NCBI GenBank assembly: GCA_051530055.1
Contig: CM121342.1
Span: 15,019,480 to 15,083,479, forward strand
Length of the DNA stretch: 64,000 bases
DNA from: Neoechinorhynchus agilis
Taxonomy: Eukaryota > Animalia > Acanthocephala
Reading direction: 5' to 3'
Shown: positions 11,250 to 24,159 of the stretch, in pieces
Layout: each line of letters begins with the position of its first letter
Position numbering within the stretch: position 1 is the stretch's first letter
Program-made: the position numbers and the translations under genes
The notes under the pieces: model-generated
Told to the model about the DNA's origin: nothing
Database searches by the model: none
What the model saw: the letters and a program-made list of their open reading frames with translations, nothing else

Positions 11250-13440
11250 CGATAACGGACAGATGGCTGCATCATTCCAGATAAGAGACGCTATCGTTCG
11301 TTTGACCCATCATGAAGTCCGTAAAGCAGTACTGCAAGGATCCGCTCAAACACTGGATGAGGTAATGAACATCGCGCTTTGGATCTGATGACAAACGAGA
11401 ATATCGACAGCAACGTGGATAAAGTGGAATTCAGGGGAATGAGATATACAACGGAACGCCAGTTCAATAGAGGGGCGTGTTCACGTTGTGGTGGTCGACA
11501 TACGAACAGCCTTGAGTGCCGAGCTAGGAAAGCACGATGCTATAAATGTGGCAAGTTGGTCCATTTGGCGAAACTCTGTCGCACAAGAATCAATAAGATA
11601 TCGTCGGACGTACGCAGTGATGACGAACCACCAGATCATAGCATCGATAACATCCAAGAGCTAAGAGGGCAAAATATGACAGAAATTGAAACAACAGTAA
11701 ATGGACACCGTGTGATGATGTTCCAGAGCGAGAGTGGAAAGCGATCGGGAAACCTCGATTGAAACCGGCAAAGCCGCTAAGAGCTTGCGGAGACAGCAAA
11801 ATCAGCCCATTCGGTCACTGCACAGTTTCAGTCAAATATCAGGACATCATACGACGAATGCGACTAACAGTGGTACCGGGAATGGCAATGCCATTGTTCG
11901 GGCTTCCATGGATCGTCGAGATGGGTCTTGATATTCCGGCTAAGATATTACGAGTGAACGAGATTAAAGAAACCGATTCGACAGGGACCATTTTGGAGAA
12001 ATTGCAAGCCAAATATCCGCGAGTGTTTAAGATGGATGGGTGTGCAATTAAAGATGTGGAAGTTTGCTTGAATGTTAGAGCGGAGGCTGGGCCCAGAAAG
12101 TGATCAGCTAGACGAATTCCTTTCGCCTTACAACATACAGTGAAAAGTGAAATTGAACGACTAGTGGAGCAAGGTGTCATCACTCCGGCAAAAACAGAAG
12201 ACAACATCGAGTGGGCTACTCCATTAGCAGTTGTGCGTAAAGCGAGTGGACGTTTGCGACCGTGTGGAGATTTCCGAGTAACTTTGAACAGTTTCCTTGA
12301 CTATGAAAACTAGAATATGCGATCCAGCTCAAGAGATTTCCCATGTAGCGTTTGCACAACTATCGATTTGAAAGACGCTTATTTCCAACTGAAGTTGGAA
12401 AGCGAGGGCAGCAAATTACTAACCATATCAACTCCGTGGGATATTATCGTTATCTACGCCTCCCGTTCGGAATAAGTGCGATACCGGCAATTTTCCGAAA
12501 ATTCATTCATTCCCCATTGAACGGAATTCCGGGTGTCGGTGCTTACATTGATGATATCATCGTCGGGGAGTCGATGAGCTGCAGCATATGGAGCGTCTTG
12601 AAGAAGTATTCAAGAGATTAGCGAGGGCAAACGTTCAGGTTTCGGCTGATAAGTGTAGAATTATGAGAAATGAAGTGCGGTATTTGGGGTATTGTATTAG
12701 TCGAAATGGAGTTCAAGCTACAGAAACGAAGACAGAAGCCTTAGTGAATGCAGCGGACCCTACAAACGCTAGAGAATTACGCTCATTTCTCCGACTGGTG
12801 AATTTCCATTCGGAGTTTGCTTCACATTTGCAGTCGCAATATGCACTTCGATGGAGGAACGCAGAAGTGCGTTCAAATACATAAAAGAGTCACTTGGGAA
12901 TCCAGAACGATTGATCCCATACTCTACGGACTTGCCGTTGGTACTGGTGTGTGACGCGAGCGAACGTGGATTGGGTGCCGCCTTGTTTCACGAGATGAGT
13001 GGGAAGTCGGTACTGATATGCTATGCATCAAGGCCGTTAAAGGAGGCTGAGAAGCATTAAGCACCAATTGAACGCGAATCACTGGCAATATTATTTGGAG
13101 TGGAGCGTTTCCATCAATATTTATTCGTCAGGTCGTTCACTCTGGAGACCGATCACAAACTGTTGCAGTTCATCTTCGGGAATGATCACGATCTTCCCAA
13201 AATGACGAACAGCAGAATGATCAACTGGTTACTAAAACCGCAGCAATATGATTATCGAATTATCCACATACGGGGAAACGATAACAACGTTGCAGATACA
13301 TTATCGAGAATGCCCGATGAAAAGGCATCGAGCAGTGAACAATCAGAAGACCTTATCCATGTAATTCAGGAGGAGAATACAGAGCGTTTTAACATTACGA
13401 CTGAGGCCTTAGTACTAACTTCTAAAAAAGACAAGGAGCT
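11250..13440 (+). mobile_element. Degenerate Ty3/gypsy (Mag-like) LTR retrotransposon: gag, protease, RT, RNase H
   Basis: Two CCHC knuckles (CSRCGGRHTNSLEC, CYKCGKLVHLAKLC), EWATPLAVVRKASG, YIDDII, CDASERGLGAAL, FTLETDHKLL, GNDNNVADTLSR; stops and frameshifts; ends before the integrase. Confidence 0.9.
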
Positions 13441-14489
13441 GAGTTCGCATAAAAAAGAAGACTAATCTTAAGCTTAAAATCGAAAATGAACAATAAAACA
13501 TTTTAACAAAATCCTCAACGCTTATGTATCTCTTAGAAAACTCACTTTGGAGGAGTCGCGTCAGTTGGGGTCGCATATTGTACAAGAGTACTGGGGATAA
13601 ATTTTCCTTCTACTCGTCGCCGAACGTGCTTTAATACTTTCTTGAGTAGTCATTTTTATAAACTAAATTCTTTGATTCGGTGAGCTCCCCGTATTGGGGT
13701 AGCTGATAAAAGCCTGGTCAGTCTGTTAAAAACCAATTCCGCAGGAGTTTTATGTTTTTTGCTAGAGGGCGACCACCTGATCAGATATTGCAGCTCTTTA
13801 ATTTTTTATCAAGAAGTTTTCTAAGATGCTTGAAAATATGAGCGGAATAAAATCGAACCTAATTTCTTTTTTACGAGAATCTTTTGTACTAAAGCCTGGT
13901 TCTTCAACTCAAAGTATAATGCGGCGAAGTTTATAATTAACTTAAATGATTGTTTTGCCAATCTTTATTCAACTAAAAACCAAGCAATCAGTTGCGTTAT
14001 CCTACTTGATCAAATGCAGACAACTCAATTTGCAAATATGTTACAATCGTTGACGTCAAAAGATGGGAAAATTATAAGGATTAACTAAAGATGTGAAATC
14101 AACTAAATAGCAACAATTATAGAAAAAATGTTAAGAGCCGTTCGTTATTTCTTTTTGTTTGTGCTTTCTATAATATCCATGATAAATGTACTTCCCTAAG
14201 AAAGTTTTGTTATTTAGCTACAAACTATTCAGCCAGGTGCAGGGATGCTGGAGTGTCTCGCAGGAGATATTCTTTTGGTATTTCCATTTTTTGTTATCGT
14301 ACTCTGGTCTCTTAGGCTCGGAGATCAGCCATAGGAAGAGATCGGGATGCGATGCAAAAGGAAAATAAGGCAATAATTGAAGGGTATGGACTAGTAACTC
14401 ATCTCTCAAATACGACGATAGAATAACACATGTTGTTCGAGTCTTGTAAGCGCCTTACCCCAATAAGTAAATAAACTTGGCATTCACTG

Positions 14490-15400
14490 ATCCAATTTTG
14501 CACAAGGATGGGATGTTAATCGGTGGTGGCGGTATATGGATGATGTGTTCATTATGATTGATTCTAACTACAGCAACGAATCACTTAAGGTTGCATTGAA
14601 CAGTCAAGATCCGCACATTCAGTGGACCGTTAATAACGAGAATGACAAAGGAGAGATTTCGTTCCTGGACGTCCTGATTAAACGGTCAACGGAAGGCAGA
14701 GTAATCACTGCTATATTTCGCAAGCCCAACGTGCCTTGGGGACATCCGCACTGGTCGAGTCATCAACCAATGAGGTAAAATATCTCCGCGGTAACTTCGT
14801 ATTTTCGGATAGCCTTTCTAATATCATACACTCGAGTTGCGTGGATAAAGGAAAAGGATAGTATTGTGAGCGAATTGCGAATAATAGGATACCTAAATGG
14901 ATAATTGACTGCGGGATTAAGAGGAGCAATCGCCGAACACAGAACAAAAACCGGTCCCAGAGTCCGTGAAATTCGAAAGAGTTGAATTTGTTAGTGATGC
15001 AACAAATCAAATGATCAATTCGATTATGAGGACCGAGGTGGAAGTTCGAGTGTACAATAAGAAAGCCATCACCCTCGCAACACGTTCAAGGCGAAGGTGC
15101 GCAATGATCTGACTTGCGGGGTGTGGGCATTCCTAGAAGAGTCACCTAGCATAAACAGGCCTGTCGACGTTTCGATCACTCATCTACGATTTTAAACCAG
15201 CAGGCAACTATGCAACATCGCATAGATTTTAATGGGACGCATTTTGTCGAGAGGGAGCCGAATCTTGGAAGGCGCCTTGTCCTGGAGGCCTTGCACTTCT
15301 CTGCGGCCAATACAATGGAAGGCGATAAGCCGAATTTCAGCGTAAAACTGCCTGTCAGTGACGTAGTTAAAATCAATAGGATACACGATACAGTGCAGGG
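14490..15400 (+). mobile_element. Penelope-like element fragment (RT C-terminus and GIY-YIG remnant)
   Basis: WWRYMDDVF...LNSQDPHIQWT...ISFLDVLI...IFRKP...WSSHQP; later HRIDFNGTHFVEREPNLGRRLVLEALH. Confidence 0.85.
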
Positions 15401-15479
15401 TTTACGAGCGGGCACACGGTCCCCAAACCTTGGAAGTCAAAACACCGGTAGATTTTCTCGACATGATTAATTTTATAAA

Positions 15480-15950
15480 TATGTATATCTTATGGTCCCG
15501 TTTTTCCCAGAAGGGTACGCGAGATGATTTTAAACCCTGAGGTGGGGTGGAGGGAGTGATAACTTCCGAAGTGTTGTCAGAGTTCGCGGAAGGAAGGAAT
15601 TTTAGAAGCGAATGAGTAGGCATCGATATTGCTGAATACTTTGCCGTGGTGAACATCAAGACTTGTTAGGAAGTCAATTAGTTGACGCAACTCGGTGAAG
15701 GGTAGGAGGGAAAATAGATTATTGAAGTCCCCTGCAATTAAGAAATGGTGTGAATTTGTGGAGTTTATGAGCTCCATCATGAAATCAAGTTGGCGAAAAG
15801 AGGACTGTGGACGAGAGGCAGGAGGGCGATAGACGCAAGCTGAGAAATGGGTTGCGATGAATTCTAGGAGAGCCTATGGGAGATAAAAAGTATAGTAGCG
15901 ATTGTCGTTAAGGGAAGGATGGCTGAATTGCAGTTGAAGAGGGTAAGCCA
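15480..15950 (-). mobile_element. L2/CR1-type LINE APE fragment
   Basis: CVYRPP...FMMELINSTNSHHFLIAGDFNNL...LRQLIDFLT (APE domains V-VIII). Confidence 0.75.
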
Positions 15951-15954
15951 CGTT

Positions 15955-17692
15955 TGTATTAAGATGATTACGTCGGCTACCGACTTCGACCAACTGTTAA
16001 CTTCTAAGAGCTTCCTTTTCGCATTGAATAGCCTCCTTTAATATATCCTTAAATGTGCTAATCGCTTTAATTAATGAAACCTTTAGAGTATCCGTAACCC
16101 GTTCAAAGCACTTCTTTAGTGCAGCATCAATAAGAGTAGAATACCTAGCCGAACACCGTTCACTGTTCATTGATTTGTTTGTTTGCGGAACATGTCATTT
16201 GGCGACGAGGGCGAGATGCAAAAGAGACTGAGCAACATCGAAAAGGTGCTGATCAATCAGCAGCAGTTAACGAAATTGCTGCTAGAAGATAGACGAGAAC
16301 GAAATACAGGAAGTAGGATGAAGATTTCAGGTTTCCGCAGTTTCCTTCCCGCGAAGGAAGAGTGGACGGGATACGAAACTCAATTGGACAAACATTTTGA
16401 GTACTGCGGGGTGACAGATGATGACGTCAAACAGTCCTGCCTGCTGGCTTGGATGGATACGGAGGCATTCGCAGCCCTGAGGAAGAACATGGGAGTTAAG
16501 AAACCCGCTGATTGCGAGTTTACACAGATAACGAAAGCTCTTCGAGACATCTGCAAGTCGGAGATTTAAGAGATCGCAGCGCGTTACCGATTCTTCAACC
16601 GTCCAATGCAGAACCGGACGTACCGGGAGTGGGTTGCTGATTTGTGAAGAGCTGCAGAAGGTTGTATGTTTTTCAAGAAAGAAGTAACGGACGAGCAGTC
16701 GGCGACCGAAGTTTATATCCGCGACGCAATCATCATTAACTCGCCACATGAAAAAGTGACAAAAGCTGCGTTCAACAAGAAATATTTCACTCTGAAAGAT
16801 TTGTTGGAGATTACCGACACTTTCGAGAGCACGAAGGAAGCGATGAAGATTATTACATCATGAAACAGCGCGCCGTTTTCGGACTCAGAGGTGAAAGCAG
16901 TAAGTACCTGGTCAAGGAAGCAGAGACAGTCTAAAAGTCGAAGAAGTACTGAGTCCCCAAAGCGTTGGAAGAGGAGATGTTTTCGATGTGACAGGGAACA
17001 TGGTGATGTGAGCAAATGTGTAGCAAAGTCTATGAAATGTTTCAGATGCAACAAAATGGGACATTTGGCACGATGCTGCAAAGAGTCGAAAGATGTGAAT
17101 CAAGTAGTACTAAATTCGGATGATAATAGTGATACAATGCTTCGATGTATTCGGAGATCGAGAGGAAATCAGAGAGCAGAGATGTCAGCTCACCAGAGCA
17201 ATTTGGAGGAAGCTGCGTGAGCCCCCCTCTGAAGGAAGCGCCAGTGATAAGAGCGATTGGGGGAACGAGGATCGAGACGCTTGGCTCTTGTGTCGTGCAA
17301 GTGAGAGTGGACCGGAAATTGAAGAATTTGGAGGTTATTGTGATTACCGGAATAGAACTCCCAATTTTCGGGCTATCATGGATGTTAGCGATTGGTTTGA
17401 AAATACCGGAAGCTCAAATCGTTCAAGTCAACCAGATTCAAGAAAACAAAGCAAAGGCACGTTCGATAGGTTCCAGAATCCAAGAGCAGTTCCCGACACC
17501 GTTCGATGGCCACACAGCAGCTGTGAAGGGGTTCGTGGCCAGTTTTGCAGGGCAGTATTCATAAGACAAGGAGGGTGCCGTTCGCACTACATCAAGCTCT
17601 AGAGGAAGAATTAGAGAGAGATTGGTTAAGGACGATATTTTGGTTCCGGTCGATGCGGTGAAAGGTGATCTGACATGGGCCACGCCGGGATA
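15955..17692 (+). mobile_element. Ty3/gypsy (Mag-like) element 5' part: putative LTR, PBS, gag, protease
   Basis: PBS-like TGGCGACGAGG at 16200-16210 after ...TGTCA-TT; gag FLPAKEEWTGYETQLDKHFEY; two CCHC knuckles (CFRCDREHGDVSKC, CFRCNKMGHLARCC); LPIFGLSWM; TWATP where it is cut by the RTE copy. Confidence 0.85.
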
Positions 17693-19690
17693 TACTTTGT
17701 CGAGCAGCATTTCTTGGGGATCATTGTTAAATGCGGCGTTTGCCAGGTTTGAGGTACTGAGCCACCATTCATTATGCCATTCATCATCGGTATGATTTTT
17801 CTGGCAATAGATTCGAACCTCAGTACCTCTGCCATTATCCCATCTGGGCCTGATGCACGTCCCGCACGCATCATTTTCGCCGCAGCAATCGCTTCCTTCA
17901 CTGAAATCGGTCCAGAGAAGTATGCCTCAGCGCTTGGGACGATTGTGCATTTTGGAAGTGCAGGACTCACTTTCAAAGACGGTAATGGCGAATTGAGAAT
18001 TTCCGCAAAATAATTTGCGATTCTCTGTTTTCTGATTTCCGGGGAGGGACCTTCAATCAAGGTTGGCTGTCTTTGGGATCTTCCTGTGAGAGTGTTTATT
18101 GCTCTCTATGCTAAGGAGGTACGAACAAAACCTTCCTTAGATGCGATCCCGCGAACTGCATCCTCTATCAAAGCCTTTTGCTTTTCATTATAGAGGTTGG
18201 TAAGTTCAAGACTTGCAATGCGAGCCTCAGACCGTTTTCCTCTTTTTCTCAGAGTTTTGATCTGCTAAGCCATTGCGATAAATTCACAGTCCTCCTGCCA
18301 TATAACCTTTGCAGCTTTTATACACCTCATTTTTGGGAGGGCTTTCTCGGCCGCTTCGGTCACTGCGTCGCAGATTGACTTGTAATAAAAATCAATATCC
18401 GTTTCAGCAGCTGGCATCGAGCTTAGTTGATTCTCTAGTTCGATATCGAACTCTTTCCTCTTCTCCCCATTAGCGAGGGCGCCATAGAACGGACATGGAG
18501 GATGTTGAGGCGTACGGAACAACGAATCACTCATGCTCAACTGACACATAACCAACTTGTGGTCGATTGGCAGCCCATCAACTTTGAATGTGTCAGCGTT
18601 TTTGACCCGACATTTTTCCCTACGTCTCAACGATATATTCTCAAGCTGAGCTAAGCGTCTCTTGGGATTTTTTCCCATGGCATGTTTGGACGGATTCTTT
18701 TGACCCATAAACGTCGTCAAACGCCACGGACGCTTCCGGAATAATGTTAGCAGACACGAGATCATGCCGCTCCAGCGCTTCAACCAAGTACCGGCTGTTC
18801 CGATTCTCGCCTTTCAACACATATAGCGATCTTTCGGAATGCGGTAAAATTGCGTTGAAGTCACCGGCTATTAGGAGGGTGTCTCTGTTCGGTACATCAT
18901 CTAATGCTTCGTCTAGATTTCGATAAAATCCTTCAACCGCCTCCTCATCCGACGAGGAGGTCGGTGAATATACGCCAAAAGCATAGAGATTTCTCAACCG
19001 AAGCTTTATGCTGACACGAAGGATTCGGTCAGTTATAATACTGCATAGTGCTGAGTTTCGGAGGCGGGGTGATAAACAAACGCCTGCACCTCCATTTCCT
19101 CGACTGTCCGCAGATAGGTAAGATAATGACCAGCCTCCTCCAAATTCCTCCTGATTTACGTCTGTGTCTGACTGGCCTCTTATGCACAATTCTTGTAAAA
19201 ACACTAGATCCATTCTGGCGTCCCTTGCCATTGTGGTCAGAGTTCCCTTACGCCATTGCACTCGCAGGCTCCTACAATTCAAGGATCCGATTCGTAGTCC
19301 TCTTCTGTTTGAAATAGCTGGGCCAAAGGGCTCACGGCTGACAGCGCCACCTGAACAGTCCGTACCCACCACGGTGATGAGCTTCGACTGACGCTTTTGT
19401 TGCCTCCGGCGACAGTCTCGCTCATTTCGACGCTCAAGTCGTCGGCGAGAGCGACGACGCCCTCGCCTTTTCCCGTTGCACTGGTGGATTTTGTTGCTCC
19501 TGTTCCCTGCCGCATCACTAAATGGAGCGGCACACCGACCCCGCGTTGACAGGCTACTATCAGTAGCTGTCTGGCCGCCGGAGCTGCTTCTTTTACGTGA
19601 CCGACAAGAATCAGTAACATCAAGTCCGATCATCGTGAAAGAAAGTTGAGGACTGAAAGAAAGTTAGGGACTGAAAGAAAGTAAGTTAGG
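17693..19690 (-). mobile_element. RTE-clade LINE (APE and RT start, 3'-truncated; copy 2) inserted in gypsy sequence
   Basis: APE GSLNCRSL...FLQEL...VYSPT...LLIAGDFNA; RT entry GRASGPDGIMAEVL...VPQTWQTPHLTMIPKK; short tandem gaaagaaagttagggact-like units at 19627-19692. Confidence 0.9.
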
Positions 19691-20092
19691 GACATAGCAG
19701 GAACGGTCCGCTATCTTACGAAGTAGAAACTAATCAGGGGATTAAAAAAGCTCATGCTGATCATTTAAGACTCAGAGGAAGGGAAAATGCGAGTCAAGAA
19801 GATAAAGAACCAGAAAGCGTGAGACAAGAAGATGGAGAGCCACGTGTGGAAGCGGAGGGACATGAACCGAGTTCTTCGCAAGTCGATCTTAGAGAAGAAG
19901 GTCGGAACAGAATTGCAGATAATCTCAAGGAAGCGAACGATTTGATGAATTACAAGTATGGGCAGGTTGAACACGCAGATCAGGAAGAAGAGAGGGTGGT
20001 CAATCCGGTTGTCAACCCGAGACGAAGCACTCGAATTCGATCGAAACCCCGCAGACCATATGATGCTTACTTGAGGAAAGAAGGGTGACGGA
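19690..20092 (+). mobile_element. Ty3/gypsy pol C-terminus and polypurine tract
   Basis: RNGPLSYEVETNQGIKKAHADHLRLR and PRRSTRIRSKP...LRKEG*, typical Mag-clade pol end; purine tract gaggaaagaaggg at ~20073-20085. Confidence 0.8.
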
Positions 20093-20256
20093 TGTCATAG
20101 ATGGCTGCGTTATGCACTAATCGATAAGTGGCAGGCTGCGCTGATCGATAGTGCGAAAACAAAAGGGAGTGCGTGTTTTAGGTTGGTTGTTGTTCGTTGT
20201 AAAATAAAGTGTCCAATCCACAGGATAACGTCATAATGTATGTATTTTGGATGACA
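20093..20256 (+). repeat. 3' LTR (164 bp)
   Basis: Starts TGTCAT and ends ATGACA (perfect 6-bp inverted ends), follows the PPT and contains AATAAA. Does not match the putative 5' LTR at 15955-16197, so these are probably two different elements. Confidence 0.75.
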
Positions 20257-20289
20257 AACCTTAATAATGTCGGAATAATCCCACGAAAT

Positions 20290-21103
20290 TTCGGAAATAG
20301 ATTCGTTAATTTAAATTGGTAAACTTGGAAATCTCGTTGCTGACTCAGTCGCCAGGATCGCAGTATCCTTGAGATTAGGTCTACCGATTTGCATCCCGCA
20401 ACGCTGCTGCTGCGGCACTATAGTGGACTCTTCGGGGAGACACGGTCTCATATGCAAGACGTCATCGAGACGATTTCGAAGGCATGCTGAAATCAATGCC
20501 ATTCTGAGTAGGACTCTAAAAACGCTTTCCCTCCCAAACATTCTAGAACCCACTAATCTTTGTAGATTAGATGGAAGACGCCCTGATGGCGTGACCGTAT
20601 TTCCGTGGCGGGAGGGAAAATGTTTGTTGTGGGATGCAACGTGTGTGGACACGTTGGCAAACTCCAACATCAGCCACTCGAAAAAAGGTCCAGGAGGAGC
20701 GGCGACGGCTGCAGAGGATCGGAAATGCTCAAAATACAGGGAGCTAACAAGAAATTACCATTTTGTCCTCTTCGGTGTGGGAACGTATGGGGCCTTGGGA
20801 GGGTCAGCACTAGCCCTCCTGAAGAACTTGGGGAAACGAATTTACGCAGCGACTGGAGAGCCAAGATCGACGTCGTTCTTGGCGCAAAAAAAAGCATTGC
20901 GGTGCAGCGGGGCAATGCGGCTAGCATTTTGGCCAGCGCCGATGAATGGGCGCGTTGATGAAACTATAAATTATGTATGCTTGCTTAAAACATCCGGGGT
21001 GACAAAACTACCAAAAGAAAGAAAAACAACTTTTGTTGAATTACAATTGCAGAGGTCACGAAATGAAATATAATCGTGGAATGGTCTCGAGATTCTAAGC
21101 ATT
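20290..21103 (+). mobile_element. CRE-clade non-LTR retrotransposon 3' fragment (zinc knuckle and restriction-like endonuclease)
   Basis: LRLGLPIC...CCCGTIVDSSGRHGLIC...RHAEIN...RRPDGVT...WDATCVDT...FGVGTYGALG...VQRGNAASI. Confidence 0.9.
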
Positions 21104-21105
21104 AA

Positions 21106-21678
21106 CTCCCAAACATTCTAGAACCCACTAATCTTTGTAGATTAGATGGAAGACGCCCTGATGGCGTGACCGTATTTCCGTGGCGGGAGGGAAAATGTTT
21201 GTTGTGGGATGCAACGTGTGTGGACACGTTGGCAAACTCCAACATCAGCCACTCGAAAAAAGGTCCAGGAGGAGCGGCGACGGCTGCAGAGGATCGGAAA
21301 TGCTCAAAATACAGGGAGCTAACAAGAAATTACCATTTTGTCCTCTTCGGTGTGGGAACGTATGGGGCCTTGGGAGGGTCAGCACTAGCCCTCCTGAAGA
21401 ACTTGGGGAAACGAATTTACGCAGCGACTGGAGAGCCAAGATCGACGTCGTTCTTGGCGCAAAAAAAAGCATTGCGGTGCAGCGGGGCAATGCGGCTAGC
21501 ATTTTGGCCAGCGCCGATGAATGGGCGCGTTGATGAAACTATAAATTATGTATGCTTGCTTAAAACATCCGGGGTGACAAAACTACCAAAAGAAAGAAAA
21601 ACAACTTTTGTTGAATTACAATTGCAGAGGTCACGAAATGAAATATAATCGTGGAATGGTCTCGAGATTCTAAGCATC
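21106..21678 (+). repeat. Tandem duplicate (575-bp period) of 20531-21103
   Basis: Appears identical by eye; produces duplicated ORFs in the track. A further short copy of the 3' tail lies at ~22510-22590. Confidence 0.95.
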
Positions 21679-22048
21679 AATTGTGCATGGCAGACCACGA
21701 AAATAAAAAGGTGAAAAACAAATGGATTTGTATAAAAGCAGAAAAAATAACTGATAAGTTATAGCGATGTCAGCCGAACTTAAAAATTAATCTTACATTG
21801 TACACAACACGAGACGAAGTAAACAGATCTTTACAATACAAAACGGAGTTTGTCCGACGCATGAAATATAATCGGTGCATCCCAAATGATTGTTGAACTT
21901 ATATTATATAAAGATTCCCTATATATTCTCACTGGCGGTTAACACACTCGAGTTTTATTGAAGTCAACCTTGCGAATTTTCAAGACCTATTAAGGGCACA
22001 ACAGTAAGTTTCTTCGGTGACAATAAACAAGAGAAACAGGCATATTAG

Positions 22049-22393
22049 CAATCTTACACGAGAACAGCGTCAAGCATTTCCCGAACATAAAGAACAACCG
22101 GCGCGTTGTTTTTCATGAAAATATTGTTTACATCAGTTGCAGATTCTGGAAGAATGCTTACTTAATTTTAGCAACAAAATTTCTCAAAACTCGACACGGA
22201 TAAAGTTAAAAACAAAAGTAATGTTTCGTTAGTGGTACCGCCAGGGAAATCGTGCAGTTCCTTCTTGGTCGATGCTTATTGAAATTAATAATTTGTGTTG
22301 ATAAATTAAGACGGAAAACGACGGCCTTATAATCTCCTCAATACAAAGGATTGCTTTCGTGGCTTCGTTTTTAAATTACCTTAGAATGACACA
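22049..22393 (+). repeat. Dispersed ~345-bp repeat, copy 2
   Basis: Matches 877-1220. Confidence 0.75.
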
Positions 22394-23489
22394 GAACATA
22401 AAAGAAATGGAACAATTTTCGCTGCAATGAATAAATAGAGGTTCCAAAACGGACGAAATAAAAATTTGCTTTGATATACGTTTTTGAAATACATCAAAAT
22501 TATTTTAATCTAGCATTTTGGCCAGCGCCGATGAAAAGGAGCGGCGATGAAAAGGAGCGGCGAAGAAACTATAAATTATGTATGCTTGCTTTTGGTTAAA
22601 TAAAATCAAAACAATAAAAAAATGCTTAAGTTCAAATACGATGTTTAAATTGAACATATAATTTAAATTTTCAAAAGCACGTTAGTGGGCCAGAGTCGCT
22701 CGGATGTGTTTTGACGAAGAGAAAGAGCGATCCACCAAAACGGCAACATCCGGAGATCCTCATCCGACATTCGAAAGCAGAAACATGACGGATTTCAAGC
22801 CTTAACGTGAGCAACAATTTCTACAATAATCAAAACTGCATTCGATTCTTTCTGATTTATATACCTCCAAGAACTGTGCAGTGACCGCGTTCGCCATTAA
22901 GGGCGTATGAAAACAACAGTAAACTCAGTATGGGGGTTAGTTTTATTGCTCGATGTAACTTTAAAAGCTTCCCAGTTGTTGTTTTAATTATTGAAAAACT
23001 GAGAAAAGAAAAGGTAGTAAAAATGAAAACAGCAACATTGGTGTTTTCATACAGAGTTGTGAATTTATGTTCTAAGCACCGAAAAGGCTTTCTTCTTTGC
23101 AAGATTTTTCTGGAAAGTTAAGGAAATGTTCAACATCACTTAGATGATTCTTTTGATTGGGATGTGTTGAGTTTTATAATTGCGTGGAAGTAAATTTTTA
23201 TCGAAATAACATTGATTCTAGTCATTCTGATTGCGATAATCCTACAATATGCCCCAATCCCAGGCAGAACGGACATCCCCCGACCGGATAGACACTCCCG
23301 AACGGATTTCAAACTTTTTGATAGCGGGTTATAATAAAAAATTTTACAATCATAGGTTTTTTGAAGATATAAACATAATTACTCGCCGTTCTCGTCCTCA
23401 ATTGTCGCCCGAATGCTTGCAGTGTTGCCTCTCAACGCGGCGATGCTGACATTTTCAACCGGGTATTGACCTGACCTTGCATCGCCGGT

Positions 23490-24060
23490 TGTAACCTGAA
23501 GGCGTCGCTTCAGATCGTTCAGAAGTTGAAGAGCCTCGTTACCAAGAGATCCGTAGGTCTCAACCCCTTAAGGTGCAAACACATGGGTTCGGGATAAATC
23601 GAAGTATTTTGCCGTTTTCCGTCCTTCCGCAGCACCCACCGTCCCTACAGAGGTTGGCAGGTTCCAAAATATTGGGTGCATGTACCGCATTACAAGTGCC
23701 CGGCTCAGCACCATGTTAATTTCGGCATGTCGTGCCAATCTACCGGCTGATTTTCTACAGATGAGACCATGACGTCCCGACGAATCCACATTTGCACCGC
23801 AGCGGCAACGGTGGGGATGACACATCGGTAGTCCAAGTCTCATTAAAACTCCGACCCATACTGCCTCGCCGGAGATGAGAGTACCCACAGATGCCAGCGA
23901 GACCGCGTTCAACCAAGCACCTGATTCTCTAGTGGAGACTGCCAACAATCTGGCACGGACAACGTTGTCGCTTCAGTCTCATAAGAGAGAGCTTTGAACT
24001 CTTGCAACGAGGGGTCGATCCCACACAGATTTTTTTTGCCATTCACAGGTACTTGATCGG
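23490..24060 (-). mobile_element. CRE-clade retrotransposon 3' fragment
   Basis: GAWLNAV...LMRLGLPMCHPHRCRCGANVDSSGRHGLICRKSAGRLARHAEIN. Confidence 0.85.
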
Positions 24061-24123
24061 AGTATTTATTTGATAACTTTCGGTCTGCGGGTTACTCACA
24101 TATTTAAAAACTTACAAGCAATA

Positions 24124-24159
24124 GACTGAAGAAGGTCTACGCGAAGGCCGAAAATTATC
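24124..24159 (+). ncRNA. Minimal type I hammerhead ribozyme motif (Penelope-type)
   Basis: GA-CUGAAGA-A-GGUCU-acgcga-AGGCC-GAAA-AUUA-UC: intact core, 5-bp stem II, palindromic AAUU stem III, only 2 bp of stem I. Confidence 0.55.

Noticed and set aside
13470-14410. Minus-strand stretches with protein-like composition
   Set aside because: Several in-frame stops and no recognisable family.
15150-15190. Minus-strand UAGAUGA-GUGAUC-GAAA-CGUC hammerhead look-alike
   Set aside because: Core is imperfect and it lies inside the Penelope GIY-YIG coding frame (HKQACRRFDHSST).
19627-19692. Short repeated units gaaagaaagttagggact resembling an array
   Set aside because: No unique spacers and eukaryotic context; local slippage at an RTE boundary. 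No CRISPR or rRNA was seen anywhere in the window.
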